A stretch of DNA of 63,556 nucleotides, the filler included, from Collodictyon triciliatum (lineage: Eukaryota), in NCBI GenBank assembly GCA_043381765.1. It is 8 parts of 8 records of this genome, joined end to end, with 100 filler letters (N's around TTAATTAATTAA, not from the genome) between each part and the next. Parts side by side here need not be neighbours in the genome. Positions count along the whole stretch, not along the records: positions 21,496 to 32,137 come from JBHJMP010002614.1; positions 32,238 to 42,874 come from JBHJMP010002615.1; 6 more parts are not named here. One strand, given 5' to 3'. Each line of letters begins with the position of its first letter. Within the stretch, counting starts at the first letter, position 1. This document shows, one piece after another, positions 24,002-36,999 of this stretch. A program made the position numbers and the translations under genes. The notes beneath the pieces are model-generated. The model was not told the origin of the DNA, made no database searches, and was given only the letters and a program-made list of their open reading frames with translations.

Positions 24002-25690
24002 CTATGTTGTTTTTTTAAATGATGAGGAGTGCGGAGATGCGGGGTTTGTAGAGCGATGGAATGATGGTGCGGTTTGTGGGGATATGGTGATTGGCGTTAC
24101 CGGGCAGATGGGATGTGGGATGGCGGTGGTGTGTGCTGCTTGGACGCTGGTGCTTGTGCTGGTGCTGGTGCTGGTGCTGGTGCTGGTGCGGGTCGGGCTG
24201 CTGTGGGGGGATTGTGAGTTGCGCGATAAGGAAGATGACGCTGGTGCAAAATAAGGTAAAGCATATGCGTCTTTCTGTGTGCGGATGCAAACCATGTTTT
24301 CTGCGGCTGTGTGGTTCGTAGAGAACTTCAAAGAAGGCAACAGTCTCCTGTACGAAGAGGAAACCAAAAAATATGTATTTTTTTTTAAAAAAAAAAAGAT
24401 GAGTGGGGCGGTGGTGCGGGTCGGTAAGAGAGAAAGTAGTTGTGTTCCTCGGTATTATTAAATGTGTCGTGCGTGTGTCTAGGGATTGGTTTTGTTGTCA
24501 TGGTTCGATGGCGATAAAGAAATGGGTGAGATGATACCTTCTGGCGTTAATGAACCAGTTGTTGACCTGGCATAGCGAAAGAGAGGTCAATGCAACAAGC
24601 TCGTGCTTCTCGTCTTCGGTCGGGTATGGGAAGTTCATGTGGCCCTTGAGCCACTTCTTGAGCTCGTCTGTGGCAGTCTTTGGCAGGTTTCCTCTCTTTC
24701 TCTTGCTGGAGGCTGCAAAGCAATCTGTACGCAAATTGAGTGAACTTACTGTGCATTTGATTGATTTGTACGCAGATGTCATATATATGTAAATTAAAGG
24801 GTCGAGTACAGATATCAGTCTCTTACCTTTTCCTTGCTCATTTGAGCCGGAGTCTGAGCCTTCTTCATCGCTACTGCTTGACAACACCAGAGAGAGACGA
24901 TGGGGAATAGGGCCTAGTCAAGGTATGAAAGAATGTGAGTGCAAGTTATGAGGAAACTCGGTAAGAAACAATCATAGGCGTGATGATGGTAATCATACGT
25001 GAGACGCTAGAGTCGATCTCGAACTTGCGCTTCGTCTGGTTTTGTTGGGTGGAGCTCGACAAGATTGCGGCACTGTTCGTGGAGTGGCCAAGGTTGCTAG
25101 AATGGACATGGGTCTCCACAGGGGCGGTCAGCACTGGATATGGCATCCTAAGGGCAGTGCCCGTCAAGACTTGCTCGAGTCCGTGGTTGACGGGGCTAAG
25201 TTTTGTCCACGGTGTCGGTATTTAATACAGTATTACGTGAGCTGAGATGAGGGGCATTTAGTTGGGGGAAGTGCTTCTTGTTACCTGTGGACTTTGACAC
25301 AGTCTAATTGGGGCACGAGACTGACATTGGGGGACACAGAGCGAGCGAGGTATCCATGCTTGACGGAGGGTACAAACAGGTGCGAGCCTCTGGGCTGGTG
25401 ATGTTCCTTCCGGTCAGACGGAGAGATAGCATGCGGGGATGAGGACGTGGACTTTGGAGCTGTGGCAAGTTCGTTGTAATTTCTGTGGGGAAAAATGTCA
25501 AGTTAGCGGTACGAGCAGCGAGCGAGTAGAAGTATGTCTGGTGAAGAAAAGGGAAGCTGAGTGGTCGATTGGACAAGGACACTCACAAGCTAACATAGTC
25601 GGCCAGCTGGAAGAGTCTGCTGGAGATTTCGTTCTCAGTCAGTGCAAGGGATTGCTGGGCGGGGGAGTGGTTCTGGACGGACATCGACAT
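24002..25690 (-). CDS. TALE-class homeodomain transcription factor; 6 exons
   Basis: KRKRGNLPKTATDELKKWLKGHMNFPYPTEDEKHELVALTSLSLCQVNNWFINARRRLL (PYP loop, WFIN); phase-consistent upstream exons from ATG 25690. Confidence 0.9.
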
Positions 25691-25896
25691 TGCTGTTTGG
25701 TTCTGTGGCGTGCTTCGGGTTTCTTTGGGGCTTTCTTGAGTCTTGGCTGTAGGGTTGGTGACGGTCTGTCTGGTTCTGCTGAACAACAGAGTATAGTTGG
25801 GGAATTAATATACAAGACAGCAAGAGCAAAGTGGGATGTGTCTGGGGGTTGGGTGACTGAGGTGGGCGAGGAAAGGACACGTGTCAAAACAATCCG

Positions 25897-27346
25897 TGAC
25901 AGGAAAAAAAAATAAAGGGTGCCACAGCAAAAGGACACGCAGATACGTGTCGCTCTTTTGTAAGGTCTTCAGGTTAAGAAAGCAATAGGGGGCACTTAAT
26001 AATTGCGTAGTTTGTTGAAAATAAGACGAACAATAAAAAGCTCTTTTCATAGGGTTCTTACAGGAATGACTTAGGAATCACTATAGTGCATGGATGTGAG
26101 GTGTTTTTTTTTGGCAGGAAAGATGACAGAATACAGACAACTCGAGGGGTGCCGCTCAGGTCGGGGGAGAGCGAAACGTGAGGGAAAGGGTGGGAATAAA
26201 TATTAGACTGTGCTGAGGAAAAATAAGGTTGTCGAGAGACCACTTGGCAGTTTTTGGTTTGCGGTTAGAAGAGATTGGTTTTCTGCACGTTGGCATTGGC
26301 TACATGGTTCCACCATTTCATTATCATTGTGTGTCGATGTGGTGAGCAAGGCGTGAAGTGAAAAGGACTGACACAACAGCTGCTTGGGAGAGTGAAAGAA
26401 TGCTGAGGGGGAGGTTTGTTTGCTGGCTGGCTGGTTTTCTTGACTGACTGCAACACAGCGGGGCAAATAGATGACTTGGCACAGTGCGGCGCAATTGGTG
26501 ACAGCTAGTGCCATATCCAAAGGCTTTGGGGCACGTATAGTGACAGGCAAAAATAATTGCGATTCATTGGAGCAATGGCTCGTGGTCATTTGCGTAGCAA
26601 CAAGCCATTGTAATTTCAATACACCATATATGAATTTCAATTTCGGTGCGTGGCCAACAAAGCATAAATATATATATGCCCAAAAATGAAGGCAAAGCCA
26701 AAAAGACATTGGCAAAATTTGAAAATTTAAATTCCCTTTTCCATATGGTGCGTTTGCTGACTGAGTGCTTCGTGTGTGGGCAAAGTCAGTGCGCTGAGAC
26801 AGCCAAAAGTAAAGTGTTGATAATGTGTTGGGAGGGGCGCGTAGTGGGGCGTTCTTTGGTGTGGGGTGAGTGGTTTGTGCAAGGCTGTCTTTGTGACAGG
26901 GAGCGAAGGAGGGCGGGTTATATATGGGCTGTCGAGAGCGAAAAGTCGCCTGGAGTCAGGGTCTGCTGGCGACTATTCTCCAGGCGAATTTTCCGCTAAC
27001 GCGCCCCTGGAGATAACTTGGTCGAGAATGCAAAAAGTTACCAAGACCAACCCCTCCGATGAAAGGCCGGGGAGTGAGGTGGATTTGTATTTATATGGAA
27101 GAAAGAAAACATATTCCAGGCTCTGGACTCAGAAAAAACAGTTCGTGAACCGGAAGAACTTTTGACCTCTCTGCCCAACGAAAAAAAAAAAAAATACTTG
27201 GCGCCCTCCAGTTTATCATGCTGGGCGCGTTTTGTGTATCGGCACAGCATTCTGTCAAGCAGGCTCGAGACTTTGAGAGCTCTCGAAACTGGTGACTCAT
27301 CATTAGCAGGAATGATTAAAATTTTCTCGCGTTGCCTGCGTGACAG
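25897..27346. promoter_or_regulatory. Upstream region of the TALE gene with 7 TGACAG/CTGTCA sites
   Basis: TGACAG at 25897, 26124, 26499, 26541, 26894, 27341; CTGTCA at 27252. Confidence 0.5.
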
Positions 27347-27699
27347 ACAACTCCGGTGGATCGCCTCTGTCTCGCAAAAAATACGTGTTCTTATTTAGAT
27401 CCGCATTATCCACTCGCACACACATTACATTGCGAACATTCGAGAGACCATGTGCCGAAAAAGCGCGACCAACATCGTTAGTGGGGCTTGGATGAGGGAA
27501 TTTTCGTTTCCGTTATGGAAAGTGACGGGGAAATGTAACGGCCCGTGCCGGAAATTCCCCTTCTGGAAAATCTGGTTTGTGGTCGAATGTTCTTGTCCAA
27601 ATATGGGTATTCGACAAATTCTTGCTCTGGAACGAACGAATTTCTATACAAGGAATAAGATGTAATGGGGGTTATTGTTTTGGTAGTTTCGGAGAGTGC

Positions 27700-27778
27700 A
27701 GAACTTTCTAGAAATTTCTATATCCGATCGTTTTCTATGTATCATAATTGCCTCGATACAAATGGAAAGTTCCAGAAC
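27700..27778. promoter_or_regulatory. Heat-shock-element-like nGAAn inverted arrays
   Basis: aGAAc tTTCt aGAAa tTTCt (27700-27719) and gGAAa gTTCc aGAAc (27764-27778). Confidence 0.45.
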
Positions 27779-28028
27779 AGCTATTACAATTGTGGATTTT
27801 CTGTTCATTATGTCCAGAATTCGTCATGGAAGGGTGAAATGAGCGCATCACCCCTCTTTTTCTCTTTTTTTCTCTTTTTTTATTTCTGCATTTCATCCTG
27901 AATTGAATGGTACCAACATAGATGACTGGGTCTCGATGGAGAGGATATATGAATTTAATGGGGCTTTTTTTGATCGTCGAGAAAGGAAGAATAAGAAAAA
28001 AAAAACGTGGGCTTCTCTCACCGTTCGC

Positions 28029-31000
28029 TCAGTCCAGATGGATGGACGAATAAATCTTTTGTGTGAAGAATAAGGCCGAGATGTATCCAACAGATGCCGA
28101 TAGCAAGAAAAAGAATATGGTCATTATCGAAGTATATCCAAAAAACAAAACTCCTGGAATAAAAGCTATGATTTCAAGGTTAGCTTTGAAGTAGTACATC
28201 GAGTATCCCAGGAAATATATGGCCGCGCTTCCTGAGTTCCATATGGAGCGCCACATCCAATTATAGTCCTTGATTATTGGTATGTTTCCTATTAAAAATA
28301 GAATAAAAAATAATAGAATAGAACAGAAAAGCAGGGACTTACCCCATATGACAGTTGGAGATAGCACAGAACGATGCTAACTTCGGCCGTGGTCAAGACA
28401 AGGATTAGAAAAACGAGACCGAGGATTCCAAAGAGGTAATAAAACTGATGCTGCCAAATGGATGTGAGGATAAAGTACAGCTCGACAAAGACAGCGCCAA
28501 ATGGGAATATTCCTCCAACAACAACCGTGAACAAAGGGTTGAGAAACCACGGCTGCGGAGGTATCGGACGGGCAACTGGGCTTGCTTTCTTGGCCAGCTC
28601 TGCGTTTCCCCGCGTGTAGCCAAAGTACGTCCCGACAAACACCAGAGGCAGAGATACGCCGACCCAGAGTGCAAAGAGCGTGATGAACGAGGTGAATGGA
28701 ATGGCACCAGAGGATTTCTTGCTCCATGCAAACGTGTTGAGGACAAGCACCATTCCGAGAATGAGTCCTGGGAAGAGCGCAGCAGTTGCAAGGGTGTTTG
28801 TTTTCCACCGTGTTCCGTGAAGCAGGCGATATATTCTCGCAGAGACGTACCCTGCAACAAGGCTGGAATTCGATGTGAGTCAAATTTAACTATTTAGTTT
28901 CATTTTCTTCCAGGCGATTACATACTTTTGAGATTCTTAATGTAAAGCAGTGTAGTCGCCTTGAAAAGAAAAAAGAAGGCGTGGGGAAAGTAGAACATAA
29001 CTGCTTTCTACTATTCGAAAAAAAATTGAGTTTGTATGCGTCTAATGAAAAACGGACTAACCCCATCATGACAAACAGCAGCAATGCAGAAGATATTAAC
29101 CCGCCTCGGTTGGCCGGTGATAAGAACCCGAGCATGGCAAACACTAAACCGAAATGAGCATTTTGAAAATTGATGAATAACAAATATATAATTTATTGTG
29201 ATTGTTTTACATAAAATAGAATTTTTGGGAGTTACGGACAGAAAGGACCTACCAAGAGTGACTAGGGACATGCCGAAGATTTGGGCACCTGACCCAACAA
29301 TTACACAAAGTACAATTGAGTTTCTTGGCAATCGGAATATATCTCCGTGCAGAATTTTCCACCCCGTATTAGACTCCAAGTCTTCCATCAGGTCGTGCGT
29401 GCTGTATTTTATCAGGTCCTTTTACAGCAAAAAAATAAAAAAATAAAGCATATGAGTATACTTTTTTTTTTTTTTACAAGTTTGTATTGTTGTTTCCCCT
29501 CTAAAAAAAATAAAGGAAACATGACCAGAAAAAAACCAGTAAGAAAGGAAAGAAAGGGAAGAAAGGGAAAAGAGAGAACCAACTTGGTGCAGAGTGCGAG
29601 CGAATATAACAGCGATGATGCCGGTCAAGAGCAGGATCATTATAAGCGAATTAATGATAGAGAACCAATGTATTTTACTATCGGTAACCATTAGGTATAT
29701 GTCCCATCGTGATGCCCATTTGATTGGACTAGGCTATGGGAAGTTGTAATTTAGATAACAAGTCTGGTTCGTGGAATATATATTGCAAAGTGATGCACCA
29801 TCCTCTCCTATTCGAAGCAAGTTTTCAATCTCTCTTTGGATTCATTAAGAGATCATGTAATTGCGTATAGGACAAACTTAGAAAATGAGCAAACAGACGA
29901 ACCTCCCATGTGACATCATAAGTCCACGTAATAGTGGCAGGGTGTTGCACTGATTGCGGGGACATATTGGCATTCGATTCACACGAAACTTTATATTGTG
30001 CGCTTCCAGCTTGGAAACTGTGTTGGATGCTGGATGGGAAAGCCTCGACTCCAACCACACGCGACTTAATTCCTCGCGGAGTCTCTTCGGAATGATACAT
30101 CACTTTCAGGGACACGTGGTTATGTATGTACTGCTCGATTTCCCTGTCCTTTGATTACACATTGATTTTGATTTCATCAGAACATCATTTGATATTGACC
30201 CATTACTCGAATTGTAATAGAAAAAAGGTTCGTTGAGGGTCAAGGAAGACGTTAAGACTTATTTTGGGGGTGATTCATTTTCTAACTTTCTTTTTTTCAT
30301 AACATAACAATATAAGAAAGTATCGTGCTTTGAATTACCAGGAATATATTCTGGTATAAGCGTGAATTGGAATAATAAAGTAAAAAAGTATGGTATGGAA
30401 GGTAGGCGGGTGGCTCATACATCAGGGTTCTTGGCACTATAGCCGAGAGGGAATCCTATTTGATATGTTTTTGTAGATTCGCTTCCTTCCTTGGTGGGTG
30501 CGATTGGCACAGCAACAGGGAGATTATCCAGAATCCTGAATTTATTGGTTAGCAAATAGTTGGGAGGCCTATTTAAAGCACAAGAGAGAAATGAATGGGT
30601 GCATCGTGGTTGAACACTAATAAAATCAATGAATCATCCGGTTTATAATATCATCAGATCGGATATCAAAGAAAGAATAAAATAAGAACGGAGACACATA
30701 ATGGCCTGTTGGTTACCAATTGACTCTGTATTCTTGTTTTATTCTTGTGGCAAACTTTCGAATTTCCGCCTTGTTATAAGTGACTGTACATAATACTTTA
30801 CATTTTTCCTCTACTTTCATTTTAATCTATGGCAGAGAAGCCTAATTAGTTCCACTATTTTATGATATATCCATGTTTGAGATCAATTGTGCAAGGACTG
30901 TAAAACGAATAGGTACTTCGTATCTCGAGTTTTCAATCCGGTCCCCATACAACGCCTCTCCTATGTTTTCGATTGTTTTTTCAACTCTTGATGGGCGGCA

Positions 31001-31519
31001 GAATGGTAGAGAGTAATACTCGTACGGTAGTTGCGTCCGAACCGAAGTCAGTTTGTTAACCTTATGTAATAGAAGGGCTGAGTTTGATAGTAAAATGTAA
31101 TGATTTAGATGAGAGTCAGAAGAATAATAGTAAAAGTAAAAATAGAAGAATATAGGGAACAGGTGAATGCACCCAATCTTAATAGAAAATTAAATAATAA
31201 TAAAAACACGAGAAAGAAGACTACATACACTTTTAAGTGATTCATATAAATATATATAATCCTCATGAGAGTAGTTTGCGTTCAATGATGTGATAAACGT
31301 AAGAATCGAACGAAAGAATCGAACGAAAGAATCGAACGAAAGAATCAAACGAGAATGCAATAATACTTTCAGTTCTACGAGGCCGCCATCGTCGTAGTCC
31401 ACTGGCGCAACGCCCTGCAAGTAAAACCCGGCAGACTCCGATCGCGAAAGACTCAGCACAACCACAAAAGCCACGGCATTGCAGAGCCCAACGCAGCGAC
31501 CGCGCGTGTGTCTCAACAT
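28029..31519 (-). CDS. Transmembrane 9 superfamily / EMP70 protein (TM9SF2/4-like); about 10 exons
   Basis: Signal peptide then [116 protein letters not shown]. Confidence 0.96.
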
Positions 31520-32252
31520 CGTCTCTTTGCAGAGAACTCTTGGGCGATGAATGTGGTGAATCAAACGGAGGTTCTCGGACGCAAACCCAGAGGCAAAGCC
31601 ACACGTCTTTCACAATCAACTCACCAACAAACTGTAGTCAAGAAAAGAGAAAGAAAAAAAAAAAAGAGGACGAAAAAATGATGCTTTGCCATTGTTCACA
31701 GCCCCACCACATGACCGACGTACTGCAGATCAGCTGAACCGATGAGGCATATTAATTCATTTCAGTTTATAATTTGTATATGTGCAATTATGCAAGTGGA
31801 TTATGCAATATCAGATCTCTTCGGACATATTTTCGAGAAATGAGATGCAATTATTATAAATTCCAATATTAGAACTAACCACAGATCGCGCGTTGTAACC
31901 CCCCCTTTTTTTTTTATATTCACGACAGACTTAGCTGTTGGCGCATCGTAAGCCCCTTTTTTTCTGCTCTCTCTGTTCATTTTTTTCTTTTTTTTGGTTG
32001 CTGATGTTTTGCCCAACGCGCCAGTCAAGTTATTCCAGCCTAATTATTTTTTCTCTTTACAAGAAAACCAAAAAAACCAAAAAAACCAAAAAAACCAAAA
32101 AAACCAAAAAAACCAAAAAAACCAAAAAAACCAAAAANNNNNNNNNNNNNNNNNNNNNNNNNNNNNNNNNNNNNNNNNNNNTTAATTAATTAANNNNNNN
32201 NNNNNNNNNNNNNNNNNNNNNNNNNNNNNNNNNNNNNGGGTGGGGGGCGTTG

Positions 32253-32287
<35 letters not shown>

Positions 32288-34194
32288 ACGTTTTTCTCTC
32301 CCTTCCTGCTCATTCCCCAGAGACTTAATATTATGCTTGCAAATAGCTCTTGTGAGGTGATGGCTGGTGCAAAGGGCGGGTGTGGGCGCAAAACGTGCTG
32401 TGATTACACAAAAAAAAACACACAAAAAACACACAAAAAACACACAGAAAACACACAAAAAACACACAGAAGATACCGGGCGACAGCAGCAGAGGATTCT
32501 GTTTTCTCCCCAGATACCTGTGTGGTCATTCTTCACAACGCATTTTCTCTCTGCATTCATCATCTGCTATGCGGAATAAATGAAGTGATTCTAATTAGAA
32601 CGTTTCCTATTTGCCTGCACATAATTACAGGCTCCGCCCATCACAAACTTTCGGTGCTGAGCAGGTGCGACCGAACGATTGTCCAACTGACTTCGGAATC
32701 GTTTGAATGTGTCTGTGGTTATTTTCTTCAAAACATTAATATGTCCAGGTTTAGAATTTTTGACTACATGTTCAATAATGTTCAATTATTTTGGTATTAT
32801 TTTCGAAATTATGCAAATCTGGAGGTGACCTGCCAGCTTTCCTTTCTAGCTTCAATACCGGGTTTGGATATTGAAGTGCCCCTAATTTCTATTTTTGGTT
32901 TGAATCGTCCATAACAGGATAGTGCCTCCCGTAAATAGCATGGAATCGTATCGGAACCAAATGTTTCTATTCCAGGGAAAGAATGACAAACCACTGATAA
33001 TAGCTCTACACTGATATACATCGATGAATGATATCTTATATGACAAAACTAGATATTGGTAAGAAAATAGGATATTATATTATAATATCCAAAATAAGAA
33101 AACACGAGCTCTGCTCGGCGCTGAGCGGTCGCATCTGTTCTGTTCGCCATCGAAGTAAACAAGTCGTGCGGTATACCAGCTGTGTATAGCCCACAAGGGG
33201 ACTCAGTTATTAGTCATGGAAGGATTTTTAGGTCTACGATTATATCAGTGCAGCCGTTGACCAAACCCTATCGCAAGAAACTTTTTTTTTCCTTTATTCG
33301 ATTCAAAGTGCAGCGAGGTTATGTCATACAAAGGGGCGAGATGGGTGCACATGGCAGAGAGCAAACGCGAGTAGGAGAAGACGCTGCTGTGGAGAGGGTA
33401 GCACCGGAAAGAAATCAGTGATAGCGAGTTGGTCAGGCGGGTGTCCCAACTGATTGATTGGTTGCGTGGGTAGCAGGGGTTGAATGTGTTGATTGTGGGA
33501 GATATCTCACGTCACATTCCGACAACACTCTTCGCTTGCGGTCAGAGTAGCCCCTACACGAAAGGGGACGAGTTTTGTCTATTGCTATCTGGTCTGGCGC
33601 ACCCATAGTCATGGTGTTTAATATCCTAGTAGGATGGTATTCTAGCAACGATGGGCATACTCCAAACAACTGGACCCAAAGATGAATCTATGTGTACCGG
33701 CCGGAAATCCTTGCGCAGTAGCACTCTTGGATGTACAGCTGAAACGCCGCTGCATTCATCCTTACTCCTACCAAAAGCGAAGAGATGCAAATGAGAGTGT
33801 GTCGTGAGATATCCACCATGACAGATTCAACACCTGTTACCCATCCGATGAATTAAGCAACCAGTCGGGTTGCCCGCCTAACCAACTCTATCACTGTCAT
33901 TTTTACAGCGGATTACCACTCTCGTTAACCTCTCATACCCACATCCACTCTTTTCCATGAGCCTCACTCACCTCCTTGTATGGTTTTTTTTCTCTTTATT
34001 CCACTCAACCTCCTTTAACGTGGCTAATATTGAACTGTGAACCCAACAAGAGAAAATAAAAACGTTCTCTCGCATTACTTTTCAATCACCAAAATGCGTA
34101 TATCCTTTGTAAGCCCATTACTATCTTACGACCAACCTCTACAGCCACTATTTTGATAAGAAAATCTAAAACGTGGAGTGGTTATCTTTAAACA

Positions 34195-34582
34195 ATACCT
34201 ATGGATTGTCTGCAGCAACCCATTTTGGCACACGAGCAACAAGAATAAACTTCAGTTAGCCAACATCAGAGGATAAAGACAGGACGACAAACGCACACGC
34301 TCTACCCTTTTATTATTTGTGGAAACTATGTGGTCTAACCCGCCTTTAAGCCCCAGAAAAAAAACAGCTTTTACCTCCTCGAATCTCTGGGCAATTGGAT
34401 GGGTCGAAGAAAACAACTCTAAGTTAGTTGCCCAGCAACAGGCCAAACCGCAGGACGCAATCCTGAGTAGCGACTACTTCTCCGCCACCCGGCCACTAAG
34501 TAGCGACCATGCAAACGACGGCTAGCGAACCAAAGCCATCATCCCCACCATGTTGCACAAACTTGAAACGAAGAAAAAAAAA
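34195..34582 (+). mobile_element. Third degenerate 3' fragment of the same LINE family
   Basis: 34440-34492 AGGCCAAACCGCAGGACGCAATCCTGAGTAGCGACTACTTCTCCGCCACC aligns with the reverse complement of ~2627-2675 (AGGCCAAACCGCAGGATGCAATTCCTGATTACCGACTACTTCTCCGTCACC). YLWIV lies about the same distance upstream as LLWTV. Short A-run at the end. Confidence 0.7.
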
Positions 34583-34712
34583 GGCGAGGCAGGCGCCTGA
34601 AGCTGGAAAATATGAGGCGCTGAATCACTTTGCCATTTCGTTTCCTATTGTCTTTAGCCAGACTCAAGCTTGAAACTATGTAGGTGCAACCTTACCTGCA
34701 GAAAAGTTCCTA

Positions 34713-36838
34713 ATGTCGGGCTCGTCAACGAGGAAGACCCCGAAACACTCTACGTTTCAGAACGACGATGAACTAGCTGGTAAGAATGTTTTTCGTTCGC
34801 TTCCAAGCCGTGTAATCACGGTATTTTGCTGTATGGGGCACACCGAGTGGATGTTCAGCGATATTGGTGTCGGCAGCAAGAGGCTATAATGCCCATCCTA
34901 TTGCTTTTCATTTCTATTCTTTTTAATGTTTTTTTTTTATTGCTATTATTGCTACTATGTTGGGTAATGATTTTAGCGAGCCTCTCACGAAAAGTTGTGT
35001 GTAATTGTTTTATTTAGTAGCTGCTTTTCTTGAGATAAGAATATTTAAGATTAAAAAAAAAGTAAAAGCTACTTTATGTTATTACGATCATGGTTCTGAG
35101 AAAGATAGCTCAAACTGAAACAATATTATCCTGTGTGCCCAGTAAAGAGACCGTGAACCTCGTAATAATCCCCTTAAAAAACGGCAGGAGACGAATATTT
35201 GAAGCCCATTCGCAGCGTCTCAAAAGAAGGTGATATTCTCAAAGGCGACGCAGAGGAAGCGGATATCGCTGAAAGAGACATAGTGGATGAAGATGATGAA
35301 TATTACCACCAATCCAATACGGCCGGAGGCAGCGAACCCAAAAAACCTGGTTTGCCTACGTTTATCTCTTTGGTAGTCACTGCCATAAATGGCTTTTCCT
35401 TCTCATCTCCCTTTTAAAAAGAGCAAACAAATTCACAAACTCGACACTATGATTCGAAATAAGAGTTTGAAACAAGGTGCAAGTAATAGCCAATATGTTG
35501 ACTCAGATGCACTATTGTCTAAATCTCTTTCCCTTTCCTTGTGGTTAGTGAAAACGCGCAAACGAAAGAAACTTGAGAAATTGAAGGAGAAAAAGAAACG
35601 AGCCAAAGAGATGGAGCGCGAAGCTGATGCCTTGGAGCAAGGAAACTTGCNNNNNNNNNNNNNNNNNNNNNNNNNNNNNNNNNNNNNNNNNNNNNNNNNN
35701 NNNNNNNNNNNNNNNNNNNNNNNNNNNNNNNNNNNNNNNNNNNNNNNNNNNNNNNNNNNNNNNNNNNNNNNNNNNNNNNNNNNNNNNNNNNNNNNNNNNN
35801 NNNNNNNNNNNNNNNNNNNNNNNNNNNNNNNNNNNNNNNNNNNNNNNNNNNNNNNNNNNNNNNNNNNNNNNNNNNNNNNNNNNNNNNNNNNNNNNNNNNN
35901 NNNNNNNNNNNNNNNNNNNNNNNNNNNNNNNNNNNNNNNNNNNNNNNNNNNNNNNNNNNNNNNNNNNNNNNNNNNNNNNNNNNNNNNNNNNNNNNNNNNN
36001 NNNNNNNNNNNNNNNNNNNNNNNNNNNNNNNNNNNNNNNNNNNNNNNNNNNNNNNNNNNNNNNNNNNNNNNNNNNNNNNNNNNNNNNNNNNNNNNNNNNN
36101 NNNNNNNNNNNNNNNNNNNNNNNNNNNNNNNNNNNNNNNNNNNNNNNNNNNNNNNNNNNNCATCTCACAATACAGCATCCCACTTTGTGGAGACATCTAC
36201 AACCCCAGTATCTAGCCTAATCAAGCAGCTACATCCCACCTGGAAGAAGTCATTCCGCGCGAGCGAAGCCACACTGGATTCCTCTAACGATGCAGACGGA
36301 GTTCGTGGGCTGCCTGTTGTCGTCATCATCACTGGGTCAGCCATGCGAGCAGCAAATATATACAGGTCCAACGAGAATACAAAGCCCTGCATCATTCTCA
36401 CTTTGCCTGCATCCCGAAACCACCATAGAAAGTCATTTAATATACGTATACTTATGTCTCTACCTGACCGGTTTCTACACTTGCTCTCTCTCTCTCTTGT
36501 CAACCCTGCTCAGAACTCTCAATGACTTCACCTCCATCGGCCACGTTGGGAAGCTCTTTGCTAAGCACATCAAGATGTCAGAGCATGTGGAGCTACTTCA
36601 CTCCATAGTGATGAAAATCATCGTGGGGACTCCGCACCGAATCCTGAAGCTGGCTGAGTCGGGCGAGCTGCGCTTCACTCGCACAAAGCACCTTTTCATC
36701 GACGGGCAGCTCGATCAAAAGTCGTTCAGCGTCTTCGACGTTAAGGACACAAAGCGCGAACTTCTCGCTCTCCTTCAGCAGTTTGTCATCCCTTGCGTGC
36801 AAAGCGGCAATCTCAAGCTGGGCATCACCGAGAACTAA
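34713..36838 (+). CDS. CMSS1: CMS1/CMSS1 90S pre-ribosome factor (degenerate DEAD-box-like); internal N gap 35651-36160
   Basis: N-terminal DDELAGDEY; PVVVIITGSAMRAANIYR..VGKLFAKHIKMSEHVELL..IIVGTPHRILKLAESGEL..LFIDGQLDQKSFSVFDV. Confidence 0.85.
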
Positions 36839-36999
36839 CCGTCCCCCTCTTCCCAGCTCTTCTCACATCATATCATACCCGCTCTCTTTCCGACCGACAC
36901 ATACACACACATATATAAGATGCACACCTTCTGGGGCGGGTATTTGTGCTTTGCAATTCTGTTTGTGTGTATTCGGGTGTTTGCTTTGCGTGGTTGGGA

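Noticed and set aside
32480-33150. Possible small minus-strand gene starting MANRTDATAQRRAEL
   Set aside because: Could not build a unique phase-consistent exon chain or recognise a domain.
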